A stretch of 43,707 nt of DNA from a virus: the UHGV virus genome UHGV-0360526; one strand, given 5' to 3'. Every line of letters starts with the position of its first letter. Position 1 is the stretch's first letter. Below are positions 9,221 through 18,015 of the stretch, one piece after another. Position numbers and translations under genes: made by a program. The notes under the pieces are model-generated. The model saw only the letters and a list, made by a program, of their open reading frames with translations, was not told the origin of the DNA and did no database searches.

Positions 9221-9594
9221 TGCGTATCTGGACGCTACAACTCGCTAAGTGGCGGTTAGCTAAGCAGAAAGGATTTCACGCTGTGGATATCACCGTGAAG
9301 TCAGGGCGAAAGGAACTCGCCCCCGACTGGGATTTCCTAATGGCGTATAAATCTTCTGCCCAAGACGCTGTCGCTGAACGTGAGTACACGATAAAGTATT
9401 TGTACAAACTCGAACGACTGTTAGATACCGATGCCGAAACCTTAGTGTCGTTACTTAGACACGAAGATTTGGTTTTGATGTGTTATTGTCCCGCAGGTAA
9501 GTTCTGTCATCGTCACCTACTGGCGAACAAACTTCAAGAAGTGGGAATGTTGTTCGGTATCGACGTTGAGTTGTGTGGAGAATTAACCGAATGA
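9220..9594 (+). CDS. DUF488-like protein
   Basis: 124-aa ORF with C-terminal LMCYCPAGKFCHRHLLA resembling the conserved C-x-C...CHR signature I associate with DUF488; from memory, not searched. Confidence 0.35.
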   Translation: MRIWTLQLAKWRLAKQKGFHAVDITVKSGRKELAPDWDFLMAYKSSAQDAVAEREYTIKYLYKLERLLDTDAETLVSLLRHEDLVLMCYCPAGKFCHRHLLANKLQEVGMLFGIDVELCGELTE

Positions 9595-10028
9595 AAGTAA
9601 AAGCAACAATAGAAGTTATTCCTAAAAAGGAAATCGCAGTGTGTTCTGGTTTAATATTCGAGCAGCTGCGTAACGAATGCTATAACAGTGCCAACCCTGA
9701 AACGATATTTAGACGTCTATCGAGACATTGTCTAAATTACTGTCAAGTTGTTACGCCGACAAAGGATGGTGATATAGTCCAAGAACATTTGATTATTAAT
9801 GAACTCGTGGGTGGTGTTCTTAACAGAATGGAGCTTGAAGAAGTGAATGGTTCGTTAAAGCTTTATGCCGACTTTCGTCCATGTGGACCACTGGGTGATA
9901 AAGTAAATGAATTTATTCACGCGCACGGTTATGTAAACCTTAAACCACGTTTACACTATATCGATTCTAAAGTAGCTATGATTTCAACTATCGATATTGA
10001 CCTATCAAAACCTTCTGAAAATCACTAA
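9591..10028 (+). CDS. hypothetical protein (start at ATG overlapping upstream stop)
   Basis: ORF 9573-10028; ATG 9591 gives ATGA coupling. Confidence 0.5.
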   Translation: MKVKATIEVIPKKEIAVCSGLIFEQLRNECYNSANPETIFRRLSRHCLNYCQVVTPTKDGDIVQEHLIINELVGGVLNRMELEEVNGSLKLYADFRPCGPLGDKVNEFIHAHGYVNLKPRLHYIDSKVAMISTIDIDLSKPSENH

Positions 10029-10058
10029 CCGTCCTTGATTTTTAACTACAGAATAGTC

Positions 10059-10104
10059 TCCTACCGCCCGATTCTATGGGCGGTAGGAGTTTTTATTTTT
10101 TTTT
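10059..10104 (+). terminator. rho-independent terminator
   Basis: Stem ctcctaccgccc-gattctat-gggcggtaggag followed by tttttatttttttttg. Confidence 0.75.
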
Positions 10105-10120
10105 GATCTGGGAGGTTTTA

Positions 10121-10681
10121 GTGACTACTTACGTACCTGATTTAAGTCTGGCCTCAGCCGAATTGGTGGTCGCTTTAATCAACCACGATAACGGTTCACG
10201 GTTGTCTCTAAGCGAAATCCGTATTAGCAACACTACGGCAAACCCGTCCCCGACCACGTCGCGTCGTAACACAATGACAGAGATTACAAAAATCAGGAAA
10301 CCTGATGGCGCTTCTGTGGTTGTTTATTACGACCGTTTGGATGCGGACGAAGTGTTAGCGTCTGAACCTATTTTGATTTCGTTAGACGGTACTGAAGACA
10401 ACCTTCGCGACATTTTAGGTGTTGTAAATGAATTCTGCGGAACGAACTTACAACCCGAGGATTTACGTGCTTCAGATATCACCTTAGGTAACGAACCCAT
10501 TGCTGTTAACGTTGCCGACGATTCTCCTGCGTGGATGAATGCGTTTATGGTAACGTTATTCGATACAACCGAACGAGCATTAGCAAACGAAGATGATGCG
10601 ATCTTCTGTATTGGTGATGATGCTGTTCTTACCTTTGAGGTTCCAGATGACGACTCAGTTGAAGAAAACCCGGCTACATGA
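10121..10681 (+). CDS. hypothetical protein carrying a C-terminal domain shared with the 644-aa protein at 16081
   Basis: Listed ORF starts at 10076 inside the terminator hairpin; GTG at 10121 preceded by RBS ggagg is a more plausible start; C-terminus (YYDRL..CGTNLQPEDL..DDAVLTF) aligns with C-terminus of ORF 16081-18015. Confidence 0.5.
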   Translation: MTTYVPDLSLASAELVVALINHDNGSRLSLSEIRISNTTANPSPTTSRRNTMTEITKIRKPDGASVVVYYDRLDADEVLASEPILISLDGTEDNLRDILGVVNEFCGTNLQPEDLRASDITLGNEPIAVNVADDSPAWMNAFMVTLFDTTERALANEDDAIFCIGDDAVLTFEVPDDDSVEENPAT

Positions 10682-10887
10682 ACTTGACCGTTTTACCGGT
10701 AATGGAGGCCAATGCAAACTTTTATCAAAACTTAACAATCCCAAATCATGAAGCGCGGAGTTGGGCATCACTTTCACGTTAGAAGATGATGGATTAAAAC
10801 CAGTATAATAATCCGCTTATAAAAAATATTGGGGGGGGGTAAAGCACCTCTCCAGATCTTTTAGCTCCCGATAGAGAATTAAATATC

Positions 10888-13800
10888 ATGGCTAAAGCGG
10901 TAAAGAAAATTCGTTTACACGATTTACGTCCGTACACCGGCGATATCGGTGAAGGCGTTTTACTTTTTTCGAAAGACGAAAGGGATTATCAGTTACCTGT
11001 CCGAGAGATTGTTGCGGATATTGACACCGTCAGAAACGCGGTTGCTGACGCACAAACGGCTGCAGCCAAATCGCAACAGTCTGCAACAGAAGCTACGCAA
11101 GCAAAAGACTTAGCAGAAGCAGCGAAGCAAGAAACTGACACGTTAGCTTCCACCATTAGCGAGCAAGCGAAAACCGTTGCTACTAAAACTGCTGAGGTTA
11201 GCAAAAAACACGCTGAAGTTTTAGCCGCGAAAACTGCCGTAGATACCGTATCACAATCGGTAAATGAGAAAGCTCAAGCTGTTGCCACAAGCGAACAATC
11301 GGTGACGGCCGCAGTGGCAGATGTAACTAAGAAAGCAGAAACGGTTACGCAAAAAGCCGGGCAAGTACAACAGACGGCTACCAGTATCGCAAATACCGCA
11401 GCTTCAGTTGAGGCCAGTAAGGGCGCAGTGGAAAAGGTTGCTGCGCAGGTCACGAAAGATAAAGAAAGCTCAGAAGGCGCAGCTACGCGCTCGGAATCAG
11501 CTGCACTGCGTGCGGAGAAAATCGCTGCACAGGGCTTAATCGACGCTAGTACGACTGGTAAAGGTATCGTTAAACTTAACAATACCCTGACTAGCGAATC
11601 CGTGACGGAGGCTGCTACACCGTCTACAGTTAAGCAGTTGAATGACGAACTACAGTTAAAGGCTAACAAACATTCGCCGAATTTTACGGGTAAGCCGACG
11701 TCACCAACACCCCCGAAAGATTCAAACGACACGAGCATCTCCACAACGGCTTGGGTGCGTGCCGCGATTGCGGAATTGGTTGGGTCTTCACCTGAAACGT
11801 TAGATACCTTAGCGGAATTAGCCGAGGCGTTAGGTAATGACCCTAACTTCGCGACTACGATTACTGAGAAACTTGCGCAGAAGCAACCTATCAGTCCGCT
11901 ACTCACCGCTATTGCCGCAGTCACATCCGCAGCAAACAAGCTCCCCTATTTCACCGGTGCTAATAAAGTCGGATTAACTGACTTTACAGAAACAGCCAGA
12001 ACCCTGTTAGCGAAAGGGACAACTGCGGATATCATCAATTTCTTGGGATTAAAGGCCACTGTAGATAAAGCGAATGGCGCGTTACAGAAAAACTCTAACG
12101 GCGCTGATATCCCAGATAAAGAAACGTTTGCCCGCAATATCGGCCTATCGCCTGACACCTATCTGCGTTTCCGTGGCGAAATGCCTCTAGATGCTGATAT
12201 TAACACATTTGCTCCAAATACCAATTACACAGGAACGTGGGCTAAGTCGACATCAACCAATGCGTCGATGGCAAAACACTTCCCAGAAGACGGTGCGGTC
12301 GGTTATCTGGAAGTGTATAAAGCCGGTAATTACAGCGGTGCGCAACGTTTTACCTGTCGTAATGGTAACGTGTACAACCGTATGTTGTCAGGTGCGTGGA
12401 ATGGTGCCAATGGACCCTGGTCACCGTGGAGAATGGTAACTACTGGTGTACGTCCGTTATCTACCTCTATAGACTTGAACTCTCTGGGTGGCGCTGAGCA
12501 TATGGGTAACTGGCGAAACTCGTCCAGTTCGCTGGCTGTTTTTAGCAGACATTACCCTGAAGAAGGTGGTGGCGCGCAAGGCGTACTAGAAGTAATGGAA
12601 GGTGGTCTTTTCGGACGGTTGCAACGATACACCACACGTCGTGGTACGATGTATGTTCGTGGTTTGACCGCAACATGGGATTCATCAAACCCGCAATGGG
12701 AAGATTGGATTCAGGTTGGTTATCAGACTGACGGTGCTTTCTTTAAAGCCAATTTTAACGATCTCGTTAAACCGGGACGTTTCAGTGTCACTGGTGAAGC
12801 AACTAATGGTCCACTTACCGGTTCTTCTGGTGAAACCATATTAGGCGTTTGTGAAGTTACCTTACGCTTAGACGGTACAGGGGTCGAACAGAATTATACT
12901 ACATACGGTACGGGTGTAGAAACTAAAGGTCGTAAATTCCAACGTATCCGTACGGGTAACGCTTGGAGTGACTGGCGTGAGGTTTTCACATCGTATTCGC
13001 TTCCGCTGGTATTAGGTATCGGCGGTGAACGTGCGAATGTTGATCCTTTAGACTGGCAAACCTATGACTTTAAACCGGGTGAGTTAATCTGTACGCCGCT
13101 TAACACCATGAAAAACATTCCTGCGGGAATGGATTGGGGTGTTATTGACGGTAACTTAGTTAGCATTCTGGTTGGTCCATCAGATGGCGCATCCTCAGGC
13201 CGGAGTATGTTGGTTTGGCGTAGTACGGTGTCTACTGCCAACTATCGATTCTTTGCAGTACGTATCGCTGGTGAGAAAGGTAGTCGTACGATTACGCCAC
13301 GACAGATGCCTGTATTGAATGCAGCACACACCTGGGCAGAAAAACAGACCTTTGCAAAAGGGTTAGCAGGCGAGTTAACAGGCAATGCTTCAACCGCAAC
13401 GAAATTAAAGACCGCACGTAGAATTGGTGGAGTCGCTTTCGACGGTAGTGGTGATATTAACCTCCCAGGTGTTAACCAACAGGGCAATCAAAACACCACG
13501 GGTAATGCTGGTACAGCCACTAAACTTCAAACCGCCAGAAATATTAACGGTGTGAGGTTCGATGGTTCTGCTGACATCAACATCAACACTCTGGTGGGCC
13601 GTGGTCGGGTTACTGCTCTATCCGGATCAAACAAAGGTACGCCCGGTATTCAGATGTACGAAGTTTACAATAACGGTTATCCGACCGCTTATGGTAACTT
13701 GCTGCATTTGGGCGGTTCTACCGCAGTGGGTGAAGGTGAACTGTTAATCGGTTGGTCGGGCACGAGCGGTGCGCACGCACCCGTTTATATTCGTAGTCGT

Positions 13801-15486
13801 CGAGACACTAACGATGCACCGTGGTCAGATTGGGCACAAGTTTATACTGCCCGTGACAGTATTCCTGGTGTAAATGCTACCGGTAATCAAGATACTACCG
13901 GCAACGCCGCTACCGCGACGAAACTGAAAACCGCTCGCAGAATCGGCGGCGTTACCTTTGACGGTACTGGGGATATCAATTTACCAGGGGTTAACCAGCA
14001 AGGCAACCAGAATACGACAGGTAATGCAGCAACCGCTACCAAGTTACAAACAGGACGTAGGATCGGTGGTGTGGTTTTCGATGGGACGAAAGACGTTAAT
14101 CTTCCTGGAGTAAACCAAGCCGGTAACCAACCGACTACGGGGAATGCTGCGACTGCGACTAAGCTCCAGACTGCACGAAATATAGGTGGCGTAGCTTTTG
14201 ATGGCACTAAGGACATCAATTTACCTGGCGTAAACCAGACGGGTAATCAGTCGACCACCGGAAACGCGGCCACTGCAACAAAGTTGCAAACTGCAAGAAC
14301 CATCAACGGTATTGCGTTTGACGGCACTAAAAACATCGAAATAACGGCTGAGAGTTTAAATCTTGGTCAAACTGTAGAATTGGCCGGTGGGTCATTGCAG
14401 AAGAAACAGAACGGTGCCGATATTCCAGATAAAAGGAAATTCTTACGAAATGTTGGTGCCCCGAACACAACAACCATATCTTTTAATGGTGGTGCCGGAT
14501 GGTTCAAACTGGCAACTGTAACGATGCCACAAGCCAGTTCCGTGGTTTACATAAGCATGATTGGCGGTGCAGGGTTTAACGTTGGTTCCCCGCATCAAGC
14601 GGGTATTTCTGAGCTGGTTCTGCGCGCCGGGAATGGAAATCCAAAAGGTATCACTGGTGCTTTATGGCGACTGACCTCAGTCGGCTTTACTAATTTTGCA
14701 TGGGTGAATACATCTGGTGACACCTACGATATTTATGTTGAAATAGGTAATTACGCCACGGGTGTTAACATTCAGTGGGATTACACCAGTAACGCCAGCG
14801 TAACGATCCATACAACGCCAAGTTATACGGCTAATAAACCAGCAGGACTAACAGACGGAAACGTCTATCTGATTTATAGCACACACAACAAACCTAACGC
14901 TGGTGACATCGGTGCATTACCGTCAGGGGGCGGTACTATAGGTGGCGATTTAACCGTTAACGGTAAATTGGTCACTAAGTACCCTGATTTTCGAATCGCT
15001 TACGGCAACTACGGCTTTATGTTACGTAACGATGGTGCCAATACCTATTTCTTAGTAACCGACGCCGGACAAGCTGCAACGGGTTCCTGGAACGGACTAC
15101 GTCCGTTGTATTTTAATAACGCTAACGGCCAAGTAACCTTTGGTCATAACGTTACTGGCAGCGGTAACGGTTCGTTTAACGACGTACAGATTCGTTCTGA
15201 CCGTCGTAACAAACGTAATCTGGTGAAACTGGATAAAGCTTTGGATCGGTTAGAGTTACTAACCGGTTATTTGTACGAAATTCAGCATCCGGATGACGGT
15301 TGGCAAACCTCTGTAGGTCTAATTGCTCAAGACGCATTAGAAGCGTTACCTGAACTTGTGTCTGAGGATGATGATGCCATTTCAGGCGAAAAACGTTTAC
15401 GTCTAAATTACAATGGTGTTATTGCGCTGTTAGTAGAGGGTATGAAGTCTCTTCGCCGAGAGCTTAAAGAGCTTAAGGAGAAATAA
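10888..15486 (+). CDS. long tail fibre protein with tandem fibre repeats and C-terminal intramolecular chaperone (peptidase S74-like) domain
   Basis: 1532 aa; Ala/Thr/Gln-rich coiled-coil-like N-terminal region; six ~40-aa repeats (GNQxTTGNAATATKLQTARxIGGVxFDGTxDINLPGVNQ); C-terminal SDRRNKRN...GLIAQD...LRLNYNGVIALLVEG resembles the autoproteolytic chaperone domain of phage fibres/endosialidases. Confidence 0.8.
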   Translation: MAKAVKKIRLHDLRPYTGDIGEGVLLFSKDERDYQLPVREIVADIDTVRNAVADAQTAAAKSQQSATEATQAKDLAEAAKQETDTLASTISEQAKTVATKTAEVSKKHAEVLAAKTAVDTVSQSVNEKAQAVATSEQSVTAAVADVTKKAETVTQKAGQVQQTATSIANTAASVEASKGAVEKVAAQVTKDKESSEGAATRSESAALRAEKIAAQGLIDASTTGKGIVKLNNTLTSESVTEAATPSTVKQLNDELQLKANKHSPNFTGKPTSPTPPKDSNDTSISTTAWVRAAIAELVGSSPETLDTLAELAEALGNDPNFATTITEKLAQKQPISPLLTAIAAVTSAANKLPYFTGANKVGLTDFTETARTLLAKGTTADIINFLGLKATVDKANGALQKNSNGADIPDKETFARNIGLSPDTYLRFRGEMPLDADINTFAPNTNYTGTWAKSTSTNASMAKHFPEDGAVGYLEVYKAGNYSGAQRFTCRNGNVYNRMLSGAWNGANGPWSPWRMVTTGVRPLSTSIDLNSLGGAEHMGNWRNSSSSLAVFSRHYPEEGGGAQGVLEVMEGGLFGRLQRYTTRRGTMYVRGLTATWDSSNPQWEDWIQVGYQTDGAFFKANFNDLVKPGRFSVTGEATNGPLTGSSGETILGVCEVTLRLDGTGVEQNYTTYGTGVETKGRKFQRIRTGNAWSDWREVFTSYSLPLVLGIGGERANVDPLDWQTYDFKPGELICTPLNTMKNIPAGMDWGVIDGNLVSILVGPSDGASSGRSMLVWRSTVSTANYRFFAVRIAGEKGSRTITPRQMPVLNAAHTWAEKQTFAKGLAGELTGNASTATKLKTARRIGGVAFDGSGDINLPGVNQQGNQNTTGNAGTATKLQTARNINGVRFDGSADININTLVGRGRVTALSGSNKGTPGIQMYEVYNNGYPTAYGNLLHLGGSTAVGEGELLIGWSGTSGAHAPVYIRSRRDTNDAPWSDWAQVYTARDSIPGVNATGNQDTTGNAATATKLKTARRIGGVTFDGTGDINLPGVNQQGNQNTTGNAATATKLQTGRRIGGVVFDGTKDVNLPGVNQAGNQPTTGNAATATKLQTARNIGGVAFDGTKDINLPGVNQTGNQSTTGNAATATKLQTARTINGIAFDGTKNIEITAESLNLGQTVELAGGSLQKKQNGADIPDKRKFLRNVGAPNTTTISFNGGAGWFKLATVTMPQASSVVYISMIGGAGFNVGSPHQAGISELVLRAGNGNPKGITGALWRLTSVGFTNFAWVNTSGDTYDIYVEIGNYATGVNIQWDYTSNASVTIHTTPSYTANKPAGLTDGNVYLIYSTHNKPNAGDIGALPSGGGTIGGDLTVNGKLVTKYPDFRIAYGNYGFMLRNDGANTYFLVTDAGQAATGSWNGLRPLYFNNANGQVTFGHNVTGSGNGSFNDVQIRSDRRNKRNLVKLDKALDRLELLTGYLYEIQHPDDGWQTSVGLIAQDALEALPELVSEDDDAISGEKRLRLNYNGVIALLVEGMKSLRRELKELKEK
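13381..14361 (+). repeat. in-frame tandem coding repeats (~120 nt / 40 aa) within the tail fibre gene
   Basis: Two copies at 13381-13590 and four at 13882-14361 encode GNQxTTGNAATATKLQTARxIGGVxFDGTxDINLPGVNQ; copies differ mainly at synonymous positions. Confidence 0.8.
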
Positions 15487-15489
15487 AAA

Positions 15490-15993
15490 ATGGGGGTAGC
15501 ATCTGGATGGGTCGGTTCTTCGGCCAAGAACGAAACGGGCGAACAATGGATGAGCGCTGCTGGTAGTAAATTAGGACTGGGTAGACCTTTTATGATGAGT
15601 CAAATGGTGGGAAGATCTATGGGCTGTAAAATTGCAACCGCTGCATATAGCGATTCTTTAGGTAAGAAATGGGGCGCGGTAGGACCAAGCTGGCCGTTAA
15701 ACCAGAAAAATCAGGGAACCATTCAAAACGCTGGTAACTGCGGGGTGGGAACTTTAGTAGGTATCGAGTTACAGTTAACGACGGTAGTTGCTAACGCAAA
15801 GCCTACTTTAGCGGTTTACTTACAAGGCGGCAGAACCTCTAACATTACCGTAAATTTAGGTGGCAACACCTGCGCGCTGACCTATCAGCAGGTTATTAAC
15901 GGACAGCATTATTACTGGACTAATAACATCAGCGCTGCGTTCCAAAACGTGATGAAATCAACAGGCGCACTACGTGATTTGAGAATTAGCTAA
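15490..15993 (+). CDS. hypothetical Gly-rich protein downstream of tail fibre (possible fibre accessory or adhesin)
   Basis: 167-aa ORF starting 4 nt after the fibre stop; Gly/Asn-rich; function inferred only from position. Confidence 0.4.
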   Translation: MGVASGWVGSSAKNETGEQWMSAAGSKLGLGRPFMMSQMVGRSMGCKIATAAYSDSLGKKWGAVGPSWPLNQKNQGTIQNAGNCGVGTLVGIELQLTTVVANAKPTLAVYLQGGRTSNITVNLGGNTCALTYQQVINGQHYYWTNNISAAFQNVMKSTGALRDLRIS

Positions 15994-16080
15994 TTATTTT
16001 TCAAGTGGAAGCGCTTGAAATCGTAATCGGGGGGATGTTTTAAAAGACTTTCTACGTCCCCCTAAACTTAAAGGTGAGTT

Positions 16081-18015
16081 ATGATGTTGGTGCGCGATAT
16101 TAAAGATTACACCGAACTAACAGCATACGCGTTAAATTCGTTGTTAACACTTGACAAACCAGAAATATTCGACGAATCCGTCACGATGACGGTAGACCAA
16201 GAAACGAACTATGATTACGTTGGTCAAGTTACTGGTCGTGTTTCTGTGGCTAGTCCCACTGAATATAAAATTGCGATGTATACCTATACAACGGGAGAGT
16301 ACGCGCAAGGTGAATCACCATTAAACGAATCAGGTGAGTTTAATTTTAAACGAACATGGCCGGGGACAAAACAATTTCGTTTAATTAGAATTGCTGATGG
16401 CAAATGGATTTCTACGTTAGAGTTCCCATTGTGCATACGTAGTTACCATATGCCAGAAAACGCGGACCCTGAAACGATCAGGATTATGAAAGATCGTTGT
16501 TATACTTACGATCAGGCTGTTGCTACTCTTGCATTAATGGCCTACGGTCATGAAAAGGTAGAACAGTTTGTAAAAGGTCTTTTAGCGCTGGTCAATGAAG
16601 ACGGTGGTGTTAAATTCTACGTAAACCGACTTTCGGCTAAATCTTCGCGAAATTATTACCGTATGGGCAACGTCGCGTGGGTACTTTACGCTTTAGCTTT
16701 TTATCTTGAAAAATTTCCTGCCGGAAATCTAGCGGCACAGGTTCATGAAAAATTAACACTTTCCTTAACCTGGCTGGAAACTTATAAGGTAACGCAGGAG
16801 ACAGATCGCCGCAAAGGTTTATATCTTGGTGGAAAGGGTCGTTTTGTTACTACCGAATCAGGCGAACGTGTTTTTGAAGAAGACTACGTTGCACCTTTTG
16901 CGGCTTTAGAACATCAGGTAGATATTTGGTTCCTGTTCGAATTACTAGGGCGCGTCGGTTTTGATGCATACCAACAAAAAGCAGCGGACTTCGGTAATAG
17001 AATAGTAGAAGCTTTTTGGATGGAAGACGAAGGACGTTTTCGTCAGGGTGTGAGAGAAACAGAAGATGATAACGCAGCTGCGTTAGATCAGTCCAGTTGG
17101 GGTGGGCTATTTGCGGCCAAATTTAAACCAGAGTACGCCGAACGTTGTCACGCTTTTATGGAGAAATTTCGTTCGGAAACCTCTGAGTGTCGTGGCTACA
17201 CACCATACAAAACCGAGTTTGGTTACCCTACTGCTAAAGAAGGGGTGTGGGTTGAAGGTGCCGCCGGTGTTGCGTTATTCGAACGTCAGTTAGGAAATGA
17301 TAAACGTGCTGTTGAGATCATTAACGACTTAGATGTTCTTTTATCAGAATACGGTTATCGTGATTCTTGCGATGATCCTACCTACGATACGCTGCCGCCG
17401 TGGTGGTCAACCACAAACACTGCATGGGTGCTTTTAGTCTGTAAGCCAAGTAATTTTTGGCTTGTAGATAAGCCTCCTTTAACGGAGAGATATAATCCGC
17501 AGAATAAATTTTTACCAGATATTTCATTAAACTCTTTAAATCTTGTAATTTCGTTAGTGAATCACGATTTAAAAACAGATTACACGGAGTCTGATGTTGA
17601 AATCAGCAAGATTTCACTTAGCACGGAAGAAAATCGTGACACAACAGCGATAATGGAAATAAAACGTCCTAATAAACGGTCGTTACAGATCTATTACAAC
17701 CGTTTAACCGCAGCGCGGTGGTTAAACCAGCAACCTATTCTGGTAAAGGTCACCGGTAACGGTTTTACTACACGCGATCTGATCGACGGAATTAACGCGG
17801 CTTGTGGTTGTAATTTACAACCCGACGATCTTACTGACGACACATTTACCGTAGGGAAAGACGCTGTAACGTTACAGGTTTCACCCAACTCGTTAGGTTA
17901 TAAAGGTCAATTCTCCGTTCTGGTTTTCGGTAACGATGAAGAAGCCGCTGTGGTAAAAGACAACGATTTAATCGTTACCGCAGATAACCGTGTCTTAACA
18001 TTCGGAGGTCACTAA
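16081..18015 (+). CDS. putative (alpha/alpha)6-barrel glycoside-hydrolase-like virion protein with C-terminal fibre-docking-like domain
   Basis: 644 aa; central region has repeated helix-pair signatures (YDQAVATLALMAYG, NVAWVLYALAFY, LDQSSWGGL, TNTAWVLLV) typical of six-hairpin glycosidases; C-terminus homologous to ORF 10121-10681; enzyme assignment is tentative. Confidence 0.35.
   Translation: MMLVRDIKDYTELTAYALNSLLTLDKPEIFDESVTMTVDQETNYDYVGQVTGRVSVASPTEYKIAMYTYTTGEYAQGESPLNESGEFNFKRTWPGTKQFRLIRIADGKWISTLEFPLCIRSYHMPENADPETIRIMKDRCYTYDQAVATLALMAYGHEKVEQFVKGLLALVNEDGGVKFYVNRLSAKSSRNYYRMGNVAWVLYALAFYLEKFPAGNLAAQVHEKLTLSLTWLETYKVTQETDRRKGLYLGGKGRFVTTESGERVFEEDYVAPFAALEHQVDIWFLFELLGRVGFDAYQQKAADFGNRIVEAFWMEDEGRFRQGVRETEDDNAAALDQSSWGGLFAAKFKPEYAERCHAFMEKFRSETSECRGYTPYKTEFGYPTAKEGVWVEGAAGVALFERQLGNDKRAVEIINDLDVLLSEYGYRDSCDDPTYDTLPPWWSTTNTAWVLLVCKPSNFWLVDKPPLTERYNPQNKFLPDISLNSLNLVISLVNHDLKTDYTESDVEISKISLSTEENRDTTAIMEIKRPNKRSLQIYYNRLTAARWLNQQPILVKVTGNGFTTRDLIDGINAACGCNLQPDDLTDDTFTVGKDAVTLQVSPNSLGYKGQFSVLVFGNDEEAAVVKDNDLIVTADNRVLTFGGH

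Noticed and set aside
10682-10887. Sigma70 promoter upstream of the tail fibre gene (TATAAT-like agtataat near 10805)
   Set aside because: No acceptable -35 element at 16-18 bp spacing; could not be supported.
10989-12158. Minus-strand ORFs (10989-11204, 11274-11939, 11946-12158) inside the tail fibre gene
   Set aside because: They lie entirely within the long plus-strand fibre ORF in its Ala/Thr-rich region; open antisense frames are expected from that codon composition.
13242-14219. Minus-strand ORFs 13242-13487 and 13887-14219 with repeated VPSKATPPI motifs
   Set aside because: They are the reverse-frame image of the in-frame fibre repeats, not independent genes.
13381-14361. Possible CRISPR array suggested by regularly spaced repeats
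   Set aside because: The repeats are ~120 nt, contiguous, in-frame and encode conserved peptide units; there are no short direct repeats with unique spacers.
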